From the human T2T-CHM13v2.0 reference genome, Homo sapiens: a stretch of DNA of 64,000 nucleotides. A model generated the notes under the pieces. The model saw nothing but the letters and a program-made list of their open reading frames with translations. It searched no databases and was not told the DNA's origin. A program made the position numbers and the translations under genes. This document shows positions 49,345 to 62,500 of the stretch, piece by piece; within the stretch, counting starts at the first letter, position 1, and each line of letters opens with the position of its first letter. Where the stretch lies: NCBI RefSeq assembly GCF_009914755.1, contig NC_060925.1, one strand, 5' to 3'.

Positions 49345-52300
49345 TAAAAATTCTTCAAACTGAATGATAAGAGTGACACTATCTATCAAAACCTCTGGGA
49401 TACAGCAAAGGTGGTGCTAAGGGAAAGGTTCATAGCCTTAAATGCCTACATTGAAAAGTCTGAAAGAACACAAACAGACAATGTAAGGTCACATCTCAAG
49501 AAACTAGAGAAACAAAAACAAAACAAACCCAAACCCAACAGAAGGCAGGAAATAACCCAGATCAGAGCAGAACAAAATGAAACTGAAAAAAAAAAAAAAT
49601 ACAAAAGATAAATGAAACAAAAAGCTGGTCCTTTGAAAAGATAAATAAAACTGACAGAACATTATTAGCAAGATTAATCAAGAAGAGAAAAGATTCAAAT
49701 AAGCTCAATTAGAAATGAAATGGGAGATACTACAACTGACACTACAGAAATACAAAAGATCACTCAGGCTACTATGAACACCTTTACACACATAAACTAG
49801 AAATCCTAGAGGAGATGGATAAATTCCTGGATACAACCCTCCTAGCTTAAATCAGGAAGAATGAGAAACCCTGAACAGACCAATAACAACCAGTGAGACT
49901 GCAATGGTATTTTAAAAATTACCAACAAAAAAAGAAGTCCAGGACCAGATAGATCCACAGCTGAATTCTACCAGACATTCAAAGAACAATTGGTACCAAT
50001 CCTATTGACACTACTCCACAAGATACAGAAAGAGAGAATCCTCCCTAAATCATTCTATGAAACCAGTATCACCCTAATGCCAAAACCAGGAAAGGACATA
50101 ACCAAAAAAGAAAACTACAGACCAATATCCCTGATGAACATAGATGCAAGAATTCTTAAAAGGCCGGGCGTGGTGGCTCACGCCTGTAATCCCAGCACTT
50201 TGGGAGGCTGAAGCGGGTGGATCGTGAGGTCAGGAGTTCAAGACCAGCCTGGCCAAGATGGTGAAACTCTGTCTCTACTAAAAATACAAAAATTAGCTGG
50301 GCATCGTGGCGGGTGCCTGTAATCCCAGCTACTCAGGAGGCTGAGGCAGAGAATTGCTTGAACCCAGGAGGCGGAGGTTGCAGTGAGCCACGACCATGCC
50401 ACTACACTCCAGTCTGGCAACAGAGTGAGACTCCGTCTCAAGAAAAAAAAAATTCTTAACAAAATACTAGCTCACCGAATTCAACATCAAAAAGATAATC
50501 CACCATGATCAAGCAGGTTTCATACTACAGATGCAGGGATGGTTTAACATCCACAAGTCAATAAATGTGATACACCACATAAACAGAATTAAAAACAAAA
50601 ATCACACAATCATCTCAATAGATGCAGAAAAAGCATTTGACAAAATCCAGCATCGCTTTATGATTAAAACCCCCAGCAAAATCGGCATACAAGAGACATA
50701 CCTCAATGTAATAAAAGCCATCTATGACAAACCCATAGCCAACATAATACTGAATGGGGAAAAGTTGAAAGCATTCCCTCTGAGAACTGAAACAAAACAA
50801 AGATGCCCACTCTCATCATTTGTATTCAACATAGTACTGGAAGTCCTAGCCAGAGCAATCAGAGAAGAGAAAGAAATAAAGGGCATCCAAATCGGTAAAC
50901 AGGAAGTCAAACCGTTGCTGTTTGCTGATGGTATGATTCTGTACCTAGAGAATCCTAAAGACTCCTCCAAAAAGCTCCTAGAACTGATAAATTCAGCAGT
51001 TTCAAGATACAAAATTAATGTACACAAATCAGTAGCAGTGCTATACACCAACAGTGACCACGCTGATAATCAAATCAAGAACTCAACCACTTTTACAATA
51101 GCTGCAAAAACAAAACAAAATAAAATAAAATACTTAGGAATATACCTAACCAAGGAGGTGAAAGACCTCTACAAGGAAAACTATAAAACACTGCTGAAAG
51201 AAATCATAGATAACACAAACAAATGGAACACAACCCATGTTCATGGATGGGTCAAATCAATATTGTGAAAAGGGCCATACTGCCAAAAGCAATCTACAAT
51301 TTCAATGCAATTCGCATAAAAATACCATCATCACTCTTCACAGAACTAGAAAAAACAATTCTGAAATTCACTTGGAACCAAAAAAGAGCCCACATAGCCA
51401 AAGCAAGACTAGGTGAAAAGACATCACATTACCCAACTTCAAACTATACTATAAGGCCACAGTCACCAAAACAGCATGGTACTGGTATAAAAATAGGCAC
51501 ATAGACCAATGGAACAGAATAGAGAACCCAGATATAAACCCAAATACTTACAGCTAACTGATATTTGACAAAGCAAGCAAAAACATAAAGTGGGGAAAAG
51601 ACACCCTATTCAACAAATGGTGCTGGGATAATTGGCAAGCCGCATGTAGGAGAATGAAATTGGATCTTCATCTCTCACCTTACACAAAAATCAACGCAAG
51701 ATGGATCAAAGACTTAAATCTAAGACCTGAAACTATATAAATCTAAGACCTGAAACTATAAAAATTCTGGAAGATAACATCAGAAAAACCCTTCTAGATA
51801 TTGGCTTAGGCAAAGATTTCATTACCAAGAACCCAAAAATAAATGCAATAAAAATAAAGATAAATAGCTGGGACTTAATTAAACTAAAGAGCTTTTGCAT
51901 GGCAAAAGGAATAGTCAGCAGACTAAACAGACAACCCACAGAGTGGGAGAAAATCTTCACAATCTATACATCTGACAAAAGACTAATATCCAAAACCGAC
52001 AATGAACTCAAATTAGCAAGAAAAAAAATCCCATCAAAAAGTGGGCTAAGGACATGAATAGACAATTCTCAAATGAATATATACAAATGGCCAACAAACA
52101 TGAAAAAATGCTCAACATCACTAATGATCAGAGAAATGCAAATCAAAACCACAATGTGATACCACCTTACTCCTGCAAGCACAGCCATAATCAAAAAATA
52201 ATAATAGATGTTGGCATGGATGCAGTGAAAAGAGAACACTTCTACACTGTTGGTGGGAATGTAAACTAGTACAACCGCTATGGAAAACAGTGTGGAGATT

Positions 52301-52850
52301 CCTTAAAGAACTAATAGTAGAGCTACCATTTGATCCAGCAATCCCACTACTAGCCACCTACCCAGAGGAAAAGAAGTCATTATATAGAAAAGATACTTGC
52401 ACATGCATGTTTATAGCAACACAATGTCCATCAAACAATGAGTAAAAAAACTGTGATATACATATATATATAATATATACATGATAAAATACTACTCAGC
52501 CATAAAAAGGAATAAATTAACGGCATTCACAGCAACATGGATGGAATTGGAGACTATTACTCTAAGTGAAGTAACTCAGCAATAAAAAACCAAACATCAT
52601 ATGTTCTTACTTATAAGTGGGAGCTAAGCTATGAGGATGCAAAGGGGTAAGAATGAATCAGTGGACTTTGGAGATTCAGGGTGAAAGGGTGGGAAGGGGG
52701 TGAGTGATAAAAGACTACCAATTGGAATTCAGTGTACACTGCTCAGGGATGGGTGCACCAAAATCTCACAAATCACCACTCAAGAACTCACTCATGTAAC
52801 CAAATACCACCTGTTCCCCAAAAACCTATGGAAATAAAAAATTTTAAAAA
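49345..52850 (+). mobile_element. 5'-truncated L1PB-like element (ORF2 RT remnant + 3'UTR), antisense in ODF2L intron 1
   Basis: [13 protein letters not shown]; [19 protein letters not shown]; [16 protein letters not shown]; 3' aataaaa. Confidence 0.93.
50162..50450 (+). mobile_element. AluS nested in the L1
   Basis: Full Alu; aattcttaa on both flanks. Confidence 0.92.
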
Positions 52851-54254
52851 ACCATTTAAAAATCCTTAAAGATGAGCAATTTTAAAATATTTTAAAATGT
52901 TTAAAGATTTAAATTTCCTATACAGAGACAATTTTGCCAGTCTACTGCCAAGAGGACATGTACTTAAAGCTTTTTCCAGGAGTGCTTGTAGGCTATGCTG
53001 ATCCAGCTACATTCACTAAACTATGTTCCACTGTGGCCAACAGCAAGCATTTGGGGATAACTGCTCAGGGACCATGATGCTAGCCATGGTCAGAGAAAAA
53101 GGAAAATCATGGTCCATGACCTTCCTTAACACCTAGATCAGACTAAGTAAATTAACTAACTTCAGATGAATATGTATTTTAAAACAATATCTCTGAAGAG
53201 AATAGCATATGAAACCTGCACATTTTGTTTTGCCAAACACAAATTCTTAGAAAACTAACTTCCACTGGCTTCAAACACAGCTTCTACTGAAAAAAGTCAC
53301 CATGGCATATTCAGCAAGGAACACAAAGTAGATACAGGAATCCTCTTTTTTTCCCCCTACTATTCTGGACACTAGTCAAACGTTTACTAGAGAGGTAATT
53401 GTATGAAAAAAAAAAAAAGGATAGGAATCTTGGAAACAGGCAAAAAGCTGGAAAATAAATCTTATGCGTAAAAGCTACCAAAATGGAAAAAACGTTTTCT
53501 GATACAGAGAGATTAGATTAGATAACAAATTAGTAATCCCTCTCTCCAATGAAAAAAGAAGGATGTATATTTAAAAGATGGGCTGCAGACTGGATAATAT
53601 AGGAAGAAGAGTTGACAGCAAGAGTGACTGTTCTGTAAACACGGCATGTACTTCAAAGCCAACATTCCATTTCCTTCTCAAAGTGTTGCCCTGATTTCTC
53701 CAGCCCATCAAGAACTCTAAACAAAAGTATTTTCAGAATCATATAGTTTAGAATTTAACTGCTCCATAAATGCTCATATTTTAGTTCTCTTTTAAACTTG
53801 CTATTAACTGTGAGGACAAATAATACGCATCACTCTCTGCCCTAAAAAATTACCTAACACAGTGGGGAGCATAGATTAGGTTCTCAAATATAAGTTAGGG
53901 TGACTAAATTATTTACTGTTTAAACTCGGACACTTTTGAGTGTCCATATAGAGCCCAATTACCCGGAAAAAGACCTGGCCAAAGATGTTCAGAATATTGT
54001 CTAATCCCAAATAAAGTCACCATCCTGTACCAGACAAACATAAAGCATATTCCTTTCCTTCAACACGACAGCTGTTGCCATTTACTGAGCAGAGCACTGA
54101 CTGACCTTATAAACATCATCTCACAAAAGCTTCACAAGGTTGTTATTAAAAAGCTATAAATAAGTAAATTAAATCTTAGAAGGGTTAAATAGCTTGTCCA
54201 AGATTACAAGTAAGGAATTGGTGGAACTCAGTTTTGAATTAAAAGCCATGAGAT

Positions 54255-54519
<265 letters not shown>

Positions 54520-54802
54520 TCAGGTTTTAATACTCATAAGTTCAATTTAGATTCAAAAGATGAAAACTGTTCTGGACAAGGAAATGAGTGATGAATGAGC
54601 TAGCTAAAAGCACAGACTACAATTCTAAAGAGAGAGAGCAGACCGCGACCAGATCACTAAATTCCATTGTTCTAAAGTTTGTCACAAGGAACTTTTGGGA
54701 TAGAAAAACTACACTATAAATACACATCCATTGTGAAATAAGAAGATGAAAAAGAGAAGCAAAAAGCAAATCATAAACATGATCATGACATTCTTACTAT
54801 AA

Positions 54803-55163
<361 letters not shown>

Positions 55164-55849
55164 CGGTTTGTTTCTTTAACCTTAACTCAGTTGCACTTAA
55201 AACTCCAAGAACCTCATTCATTCAAAAACACTTGAAACCGTACTATGCGTTGCGTGATGAGGAAACTGTCTTCGAAATAGATTTTATCCCCAACAGCAGC
55301 CCCAGTATGGTTATTCTCAGTAAACAACAAGCACCACCACTCACTAACCACCTACATTCGGTGCCACCTTAATGGCCCTGCGTTTACTTAATCTCGTATT
55401 ACAACCACCCCAAAGTGATGATTACTGTTACAGTTATCAGTAAGGAATCCAGGAAGGTTCAGTGACCTAGACAAGGCCACACAGCGGGTTCAGTGGCAGA
55501 GCTGGGACTGAACACAAGTCGGCCTTTAGCACTCTCCACGACCCTAGGTCAATCCCGCACTACAGGGGTCGCCTATAGGGGCTGGAACCTAGAGGAATCC
55601 TGGAGAAGGAATTATTTCCTGAGGATTCCTGTAATATACCTCACTTACGAAGCCCCCAGGGCTTCCTACAATCTGATATATCACATGATGGGCGATTAAA
55701 AACCAGCCCAATGATTAAGAGGTCACTATTTCTGAAAGAAATGCAACCATATCCAGGAACGGCCCGGTCAGGACTTCGTTCTGCACAAGCCCACCTCACG
55801 CTAACATTTGCCCTGATGTCCCGGGGACCACACCCTTCCTAAGAGTGAG

Positions 55850-56460
55850 TCTCGCCGCCCTTTTCCCAGGCCAGGTAGTCAGCCTGAGGGAGGTGGAGGG
55901 TTTGCGCGGAGGGGGCTGGGTGGGCGCGAGGGCCTTTTACTTCCGGGACCCACCACTGCCCTCACCTCCAGACCGCTAAGGGCTCCCGCGGTAAACGCCC
56001 AGCAGCAGCTAGGCTCCCCACAAAGTCGCCCCCAACCCAAAAGGCGTACTTACGCCCCCGCCGCTGCGTCCGCACGTCGTCGTGACGACAGCCCGCCGTC
56101 GCCGCGATATAAAAAAAGGGTCAGAGGCGCCACGGCTGCTGCAATGGAAACCGTGGCAATCCTTCTTGTGCTCTGAGTCGGCTAGGAGGGAGCGGGACGC
56201 AGGGGGCACTACAGTGGGTAGACTAGGAAGGAAGGCAAGGGACGCGAGGTGGGAACCAGGCGAATTCCTAGACCTGCTTGCCGCAGAAGAGTGCCCGCTC
56301 AAGTGGAACAAAAGCGCAGCTAGTAACCGGCTAGTGGCTTCTCTGGCAACGGCGGCCCCACCCCTCCCGTCAGGCCCGCAGCAGGCTGCCGATTGGTCCG
56401 GGTTAGGGACGGCGGGCAGCGCCTATAGCTATTGGAGAGGGTGAGGAACGGGGCAGGGAG
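55850..56460 (-). promoter_or_regulatory. ODF2L: CpG-island promoter and non-coding first exon of ODF2L
   Basis: Only non-repeat CpG-dense segment in the window. Minus-strand donors GGC|GTAAGT (exon edge 56054) and GAG|GTGAGG (55966). CCAAT boxes on the minus strand at 56392-56396 and 56431-56435. ETS motif ACTTCCGG at ~55939-55946. Exact TSS cannot be determined. Confidence 0.85.
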
Positions 56461-57115
56461 GGCAGCTTCGTGTCTATCCTTGTTTCTCGGGTAAACATTT
56501 TTTTTTAAGCGTTTGTTTATGGACAAGGACAGCATTTGTGTACGTTACCGAAAATCATAACCGAGCCCAACTAGAAAAAAAGGAAATAAAGCCAATTCCG
56601 AGTTTTCTGGCGCTTGGCCTGGTTGTGCCCTGCTTTTGCTTTTTAAAGAGAAGATTTGAAAACGTGAAGGCAACTGCGACCGGAAGAAACCTCCTTTTAA
56701 ATGTATAGTAGTATTTTTAGCTGAGATGCCTCCCTGGGCCTCAGGTTTTTTCCTGTTAAATGAGGAAGCCTGAGGATGTTCTGCAAGGTGCCTTCAGGGT
56801 CTCAAAGTCTTTCGTATCTGTGCCACAGCCAGCTGGTCTGGTTTATAAAGTCCTGAAGAAGCAAAGCAAGATTTTAATTGGAAAAATATCTTCATTCAAT
56901 GCCTCTACTTAATATTCATGTTAAGAATCGTACACCAACCTATGAAGTTCACAAGTAGAGTAACTGTCAACTAAGCCATAACCGTGGCATGCTGCTACCT
57001 AAATAATTGGTTTCACTAAAGCACTCCAGCAATGTTTTTCCACCAGTACTGTAATTGTCCCTTTCATAATTTAAAGCGGGAGACAGAATTAGTAAATTTT
57101 TTAGTAAAGGGCCAG

Positions 57116-57531
57116 TGATATGGTTAGGCTCTGAGTCCCCGACCACATCCCATCTTGAATTGTAATCCCCATAATCCCCACGTGTCAAGAGAGAAACCAG
57201 GTGAAGGTAATTGAATCATGGGGGCAGTTCCATAATCCCCACGTGTCAAGAGAGAGACCAGATGAAGGTAATGGAATCATGGGGGCCGTTTACCCCCATG
57301 CTAGTGAGTTCTCAAGCTATCTGATGGTTTTGTAAGGGGCTCTTTCCCCTCCACTGGGCACTTCTCCTTAACGAAGAAGGTGTCCTGCTTCCCCTTCACC
57401 TTCCGTCATGATTGTAAGTTTCCTGAGGCCTCCCCAGCGACGCTGAACTGTGAGTCAATTAAACCCCTTTCCTTTATAAATTACCCAGTCTCAGGCAATT
57501 CTTTATAGCAGTATGAAAATGTGCTCATACA
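57116..57531 (+). mobile_element. THE1-type solo LTR with an internal 61-bp tandem duplication, inserted in a MER58-like element
   Basis: tgatatggtt...tcataca; TSD gccag at 57111-57115 and 57532-57536. Confidence 0.88.
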
Positions 57532-58527
57532 GCCAGATAATATTTTATTAATAGGTTTTGCAGGTCATATGGTCTCTGTGATACTATTTAACTCTGCCAT
57601 TGTCTTACCAAGAAAAGCCATAGATGATACATAAACATAAACATATGAGCTCACTAAAGTACGTTTGTGTGCAGGATGCAACACTACAGTGTTGGGTAGA
57701 AATTGTGATTTCTATCTTCATGGCAACAAATGGGGACTAGAATGTAAAAATAGCAGGCAATGAAATAGAATAAAGATACTTGAATACAAATAATACTTCA
57801 AAATTAAAAAGCAACATTTTAGATAACCTGTTTGCAGAGGACAAACAGAAGGTTAAATGAAAGTGTGATGGAGAATCACCACCTTTACATCTTTGCACTC
57901 TTTAATAGTGCCACTAATCACTGGAATTCCCCTAGGACTATGGTATTGCCTTTGGTTTAATCTTTTAGTAGATAAGGGCAGTTCCAAAGGCTTCCACTTT
58001 GTCTTCCTATTATAATAGCCATGAGTCAAAAAGCCAATGTCAAGATGCTGTAAATCTCCTTTAAGGTTATGACATTCAGGTCTCTTCATTAGTTCTGGTA
58101 AATTTTTTGCTGTACAAATTAAGTAGAATCTTAGCAGACTATCCATTTCAATTATAGGGGCAGTGATTAATTATCAACTCCTAAAGATCCCCCTTAGTCA
58201 AACAATATGATACACCCTGCTGGTATCATGGTATCAACAGATATCTCATCTCTGATGGCTCAGTGGTATCACTTGGCCTCTATCACTTTGGGATCTTACT
58301 ATTTCCATTAGGGAATTAGGGATTTCATGCAATGGCAGCATCTTTATCCCCAGGCTTATAGAATAGCAGCTACAGAGCTTTTAAAGGATTCTGGCATTCC
58401 CTATATTTTCTCAATGCTTTAGTAAAAAGAAGGTCCTTTGGCCCTCTCAGAACACCTTTGAAAGGAGATGACTGGGTAACATATGATAAATCCATTCATA
58501 CAGTACTATTCCCTAAGTCTTCTTTAA

Positions 58528-58820
58528 AAATTGATACATACTAGATGTACATATTTTCAGGGTACATGTGATAATTGGATACATTTATATGAATGTGTAA
58601 TGTGTAAAGATCAAATCAAGATAGTCAGGATATCCATCACCTTAAATATTTATCTTTATGCTATGAACATTCAAATTGTTCTCTTCTAGTTATTTTGAAA
58701 TATACAATAGATTATAGTTAACTATAGTCACCCTACTTATCTGTCAAACACTGGGTCTTATTTCTTCTATCTAACTGTATGTCTGCACTCATTAATCAAC
58801 CTCTCTTCGTTACCCCTTTC
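58528..58820 (-). mobile_element. L1MA-type 3' end
   Basis: gtacatattttcagggtacatgtgata...gatatccatcaccttaaat...gttaactatagtcaccct. Confidence 0.75.
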
Positions 58821-59166
58821 CCTAAGTCTTTTAATTCAATCCTCTAAAATCAAGAGATTTCTAACATCTCAACTTTATTTAGTTTCAATCAACCAACTGA
58901 GCAAACCTTGACAGCCACTCCTAGATGTTCAAAGCAAGAACAGTGAATTATGGTCTCTGGTAAATGTATTCATATTAATATCTTGGTCTCATCAAAAATA
59001 TTCCTTCATCCCTGGTCTGCCACACTTGGAATTCATTATCATTTTCTATAGTCTTCTGCCAATATAAATAAGCAAAATCTTGCACTTTTTTGGTATGAAA
59101 CCCTTCTCCCAGGTCAGATCTTTTATTATACCCTGGAACATGTTGGGATCTAACTTTAGATCTAGA

Positions 59167-59322
59167 CCAGTGGTTCTTGACATTTTTTTTGCCACAGCCA
59201 AAGAGGAAGGGCAAGTGTCCTACTGGCATCTAGTGAGTAGAGGCTAGAGATGCTGTTAAACATCTGCAATGCACGGGACATCCTCCACAACAAAATGTCA
59301 ACAGTGCTGACATTAAGAAACC
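59167..59322. mobile_element. MER20-like hAT DNA transposon remnant
   Basis: cagtggttct...tactggcatctagtgagtagaggctagagatgctgttaaacatc...aagaaaccc. Confidence 0.75.
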
Positions 59323-59495
59323 CCGGTCCAATATGGAGAATACAAAGGCCACCAGCCACCTATAGCTATTTCAAACATTTGAAATGTGATGATTCTGAAT
59401 TGAGACATGTTGTAAATGCAAAATACACACATTTTGCATATGAAAAAGAACATAAAATATCTTGATTTTCATACTGATTATGTCGAAATGATATT

Positions 59496-59533
59496 TTGGA
59501 AGGCAGCTATACTCACCACTATACCACCAATGC
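59496..59533 (-). pseudogene. Retroposed 5' half of tRNA-Gly(TCC)
   Basis: Reverse complement GCATTGGTGGTATAGTGGTGAGTATAGCTGCCTTCCAA matches the recalled tRNA-Gly-TCC 5' end at 36/38 nt; 14-bp TSD. Confidence 0.88.
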
Positions 59534-60239
59534 CACCAGAAATGATATTTTGTTTATGTTGAGTTAAATAAAATATATTACCAAAATTTAACCACAACTA
59601 TTTCTTTTTCACTATTTTAAGAGTAGCTAGTAGAAGATTTTAAATTACGTATGTGGCTCACATTATATTTCTACTAGGTGATGTAGTCTAGAGGTATAAA
59701 GAACTGATAACAGTTGAGTTCTGAGAACAATCAGTTCTTCTCAATTGATTCACAAGGTAAATTCCTCAGATTAAGTTACTTCAGAATTTTCAAGGAGTAC
59801 AAGACCAGCCCTATAGATAGGAAGGGAGGAGTTCTTCAGAAAGCAAAAAGCTCTGTAGTGTCTGCGTATTAAGATAATAGAGCTATCCGAATTCACCCAA
59901 CCTCTCTATCACAACTCTAAAGATCCAACTCCTTCCCAATCAATGCCTTAATTTCTTACATAAGAGACCTGAGGAGTCTGTTTATTCAACTTACCTTGTA
60001 ATTTAGCTCTTCACAGCATTAATACTTGATTTGGATGTGTCATCCCAGCAATTAATAAAGTTTTAAGGTAATCATAGAAGTTCTCTGGGCCTCTGAGCTT
60101 ATCACATTTTTCTTTAAGCATCCTAGTACAGTCATAAATAGAAAAATCACCCCACAATCTTTGTATTCTTCATTCCTGCCATTCCCAACAAAGGTATGCC
60201 TTCAGTGACTACTTAATTCCTGAGGATTATAGGCCACTT

Positions 60240-62210
60240 TTAAATGGTTGTATAATTTATATTCAATAAAGTACATATGTATTAAATGTTCAGAGTATGA
60301 CTTTTGCCAATTATATAATTATATGCACTCATGAAAATAATACCTAAAACAAAATTTAGAACATTTATGTCAGTCCAAAGTGTTTATTTGTATCTGTCTG
60401 TAGCTTGTCAGTTCACCAAAACTACCCTCATGCCTCTCCATCCTCCCCTAGCCCACACACAGAGAGACTACTACTTTCTAATTTATATGACTAGAGGTTA
60501 ATATTGCCTATTCTTGGTGTTCATATAAATGGAATCACACAATATATATTCCTTTTTGTCTGACTTCTTTCATTCAAATAGGCATGTGTGTGTGTATATA
60601 TGTATATATGTGTATATACATATATATACACACCCACATATTTGAATGAATATATATATATATATATAGCGAGAGAGAGAGATTGAGATTCATCCATGTT
60701 GTTGCATATTTTAGTAGTTTGTTCTTTTTTTTTGAGATTGAGATTCATCCATGTTGTTGCATAGTTTAGTAGTTTTTTTTTTTTTTTTTTTTTTTTGGCT
60801 GAGTAGTTGATATAGTTTGCATGTTTGTCCTCTCCAAATCTCATGTTGAAATGTAATCCCCAGTGTTGGAGGTGGGGTCTGATGTTGGAAGTGTCAGATC
60901 ATGGGGGCATATCCCTCATGAATGGTTTAGTACCATCCCCTTGATGATAAGTGAGTTTTGGTCTGAATTCATGTGAGACCTGTTGTTTAAAAGTGTGTTG
61001 CACCTCTCCAATCCCAACTCTTGCTGCTGCTCTCATCATGTGATGTGGTTGCTCCCCTTAACCTTCTTGTAAGCCATAATTATAAGCTTCTTGAAGCCCT
61101 CACAGAACCCCAGCAGATGTTGGTGCAATGCTTGTACAGCCTATAGAACTATGAGCCAATTAAACCTCTTTTCTTTATAAATTACCCAGCCTCAGGTATT
61201 TCTTTATAGCAACGTAAGAACAGCCTACTATATAGTAGTATTTCATTGTGTAAATATACCACAATTTGCTTATTAGTGCTCCTGTTGATAGATATTTAGG
61301 TTGTTGGCAGCTTCTAGTTATTAATGAATAAGGCTGCTATAAGCATTCTTTAAAACGCATTTTATTAACATATGCTTTCATTTTTCTTAGCTAGGAGTGG
61401 AATTACTGGTTATAGGGTATAAGTATGTTTAACTTTACCAGCAGTGTATGATGCTTCCTGTTGCTTCACATCCTTGCCAACATTTAGTACAGCAGTATTT
61501 TTTATTTTAACTGTTCTAGGGGGTGTGAGGTGGCAGCTCATTATGGATTTCAATTTGTGGTTTTTTTTGGTAATGAATGATGTTTAGCACCTTTCAGTTA
61601 TTGACCGTACATCATTTATGAAGTGTTGTTCAAGTCTTTTACCCATTTTTTTGGATTGTTGTTTTATTGTTGATTTTCAGGAGTTGTTTACATATTCTGA
61701 AAAACGATTTGTCAGATATATGTAACTAATACTTTCCTCCTATTTCTCATATATTTTCTTAATGGTATCTTTTGAAGAGCAGAAAATTTTTATTTGAAAC
61801 ATCTAACTTACCAGCATTTTTCTTTTATAGTTTAATGTACCGCAACTCCACATTTGTGAAGTCGCTATGTTTTCTTCTAGAAGTTTTATTATTTGAAGCT
61901 TTTATAAGTAAGTATATGACCTATCTTGAATTAAGTTTTTTAGGAATGATGTAAGGGGTCAAGATTCACTTTGTTTTATACAGATACCCAATTTGGTACC
62001 ACCATTTATTTAAAAGACTTTCTCTTCCCCATTGAATCAATTTAGTGCTTTTGTTGAAAATGATTAGACCATGTGTGTGTGTGTTTATTTCTGGACAATC
62101 CATTCTATTCTAATAATTTATAATCAAAACATTTGCCTACATGACATTCTCTTGATTACTGTAGTTTTATATAAGTCTTAAAATTGGCTAGACTCCATTT
62201 ACTACAAAGA
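60240..62210 (-). mobile_element. Old L1M 3' region interrupted by (TA)n/(GA)n tracts and an MST LTR
   Basis: catataaatggaatcacacaat...gagattcatccatgttgttgc...ataaggctgctat...aggagtggaattactgg. Confidence 0.75.
60808..61232 (+). mobile_element. MST-type solo LTR
   Basis: tgatatagtttg...aattaaacctcttttctttataaattacccagcctcagg. Confidence 0.85.
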
Positions 62211-62297
62211 CGGTTGTCCACAGGGCAAGTCAGACAAGAATTGAGCAAAGTCTTGGGGCAACAGAACAACTTTGCTTTACAAGATAGAGTATCAGCG

Positions 62298-62500
62298 CAT
62301 GTCTTAGTTTGGAGTGCTGTAACAAAAATATAGACTGGGTGGCTTAAACAACAGAAATTTGAGAAGACCAAGATCAAGGTGCCAGCCAATTTGGTTCCTG
62401 GTGAGGGCCCTCTTCTTGATTTGCAGAAGGATGCCTTCTTGTCGTACTCCCACATGGTAGAGAGAGGAGGGAAGCAAGCTCTTTCATGTCTCTCCCTTTT
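62298..62500. mobile_element. MLT1-type LTR fragment
   Basis: tgtcttagttt...tagactgggtggcttaaacaacagaaattt...aagatcaaggtgccagc. Confidence 0.7.

Larger units (their letters stand above)
57800..60240 (-). mobile_element. Highly decayed ERVL internal remnant, interrupted by L1, MER20 and MER3/33-like elements
   Basis: TKWKPLELPL...NQRQYHSPRGIPVISGTIKECKD resembles the ERVL pol N-terminus; extent inferred. Confidence 0.6.

Noticed and set aside
50531-51268. 245-aa ORF, the longest in the track
   Set aside because: It is a decayed L1 ORF2 RT fragment (FADD reads FADG) in a 5'-truncated element.
56009-56535. 100-120-aa ORFs in the CpG island
   Set aside because: Stop-poor GC-rich DNA, mostly non-ATG starts, and no recognisable protein.
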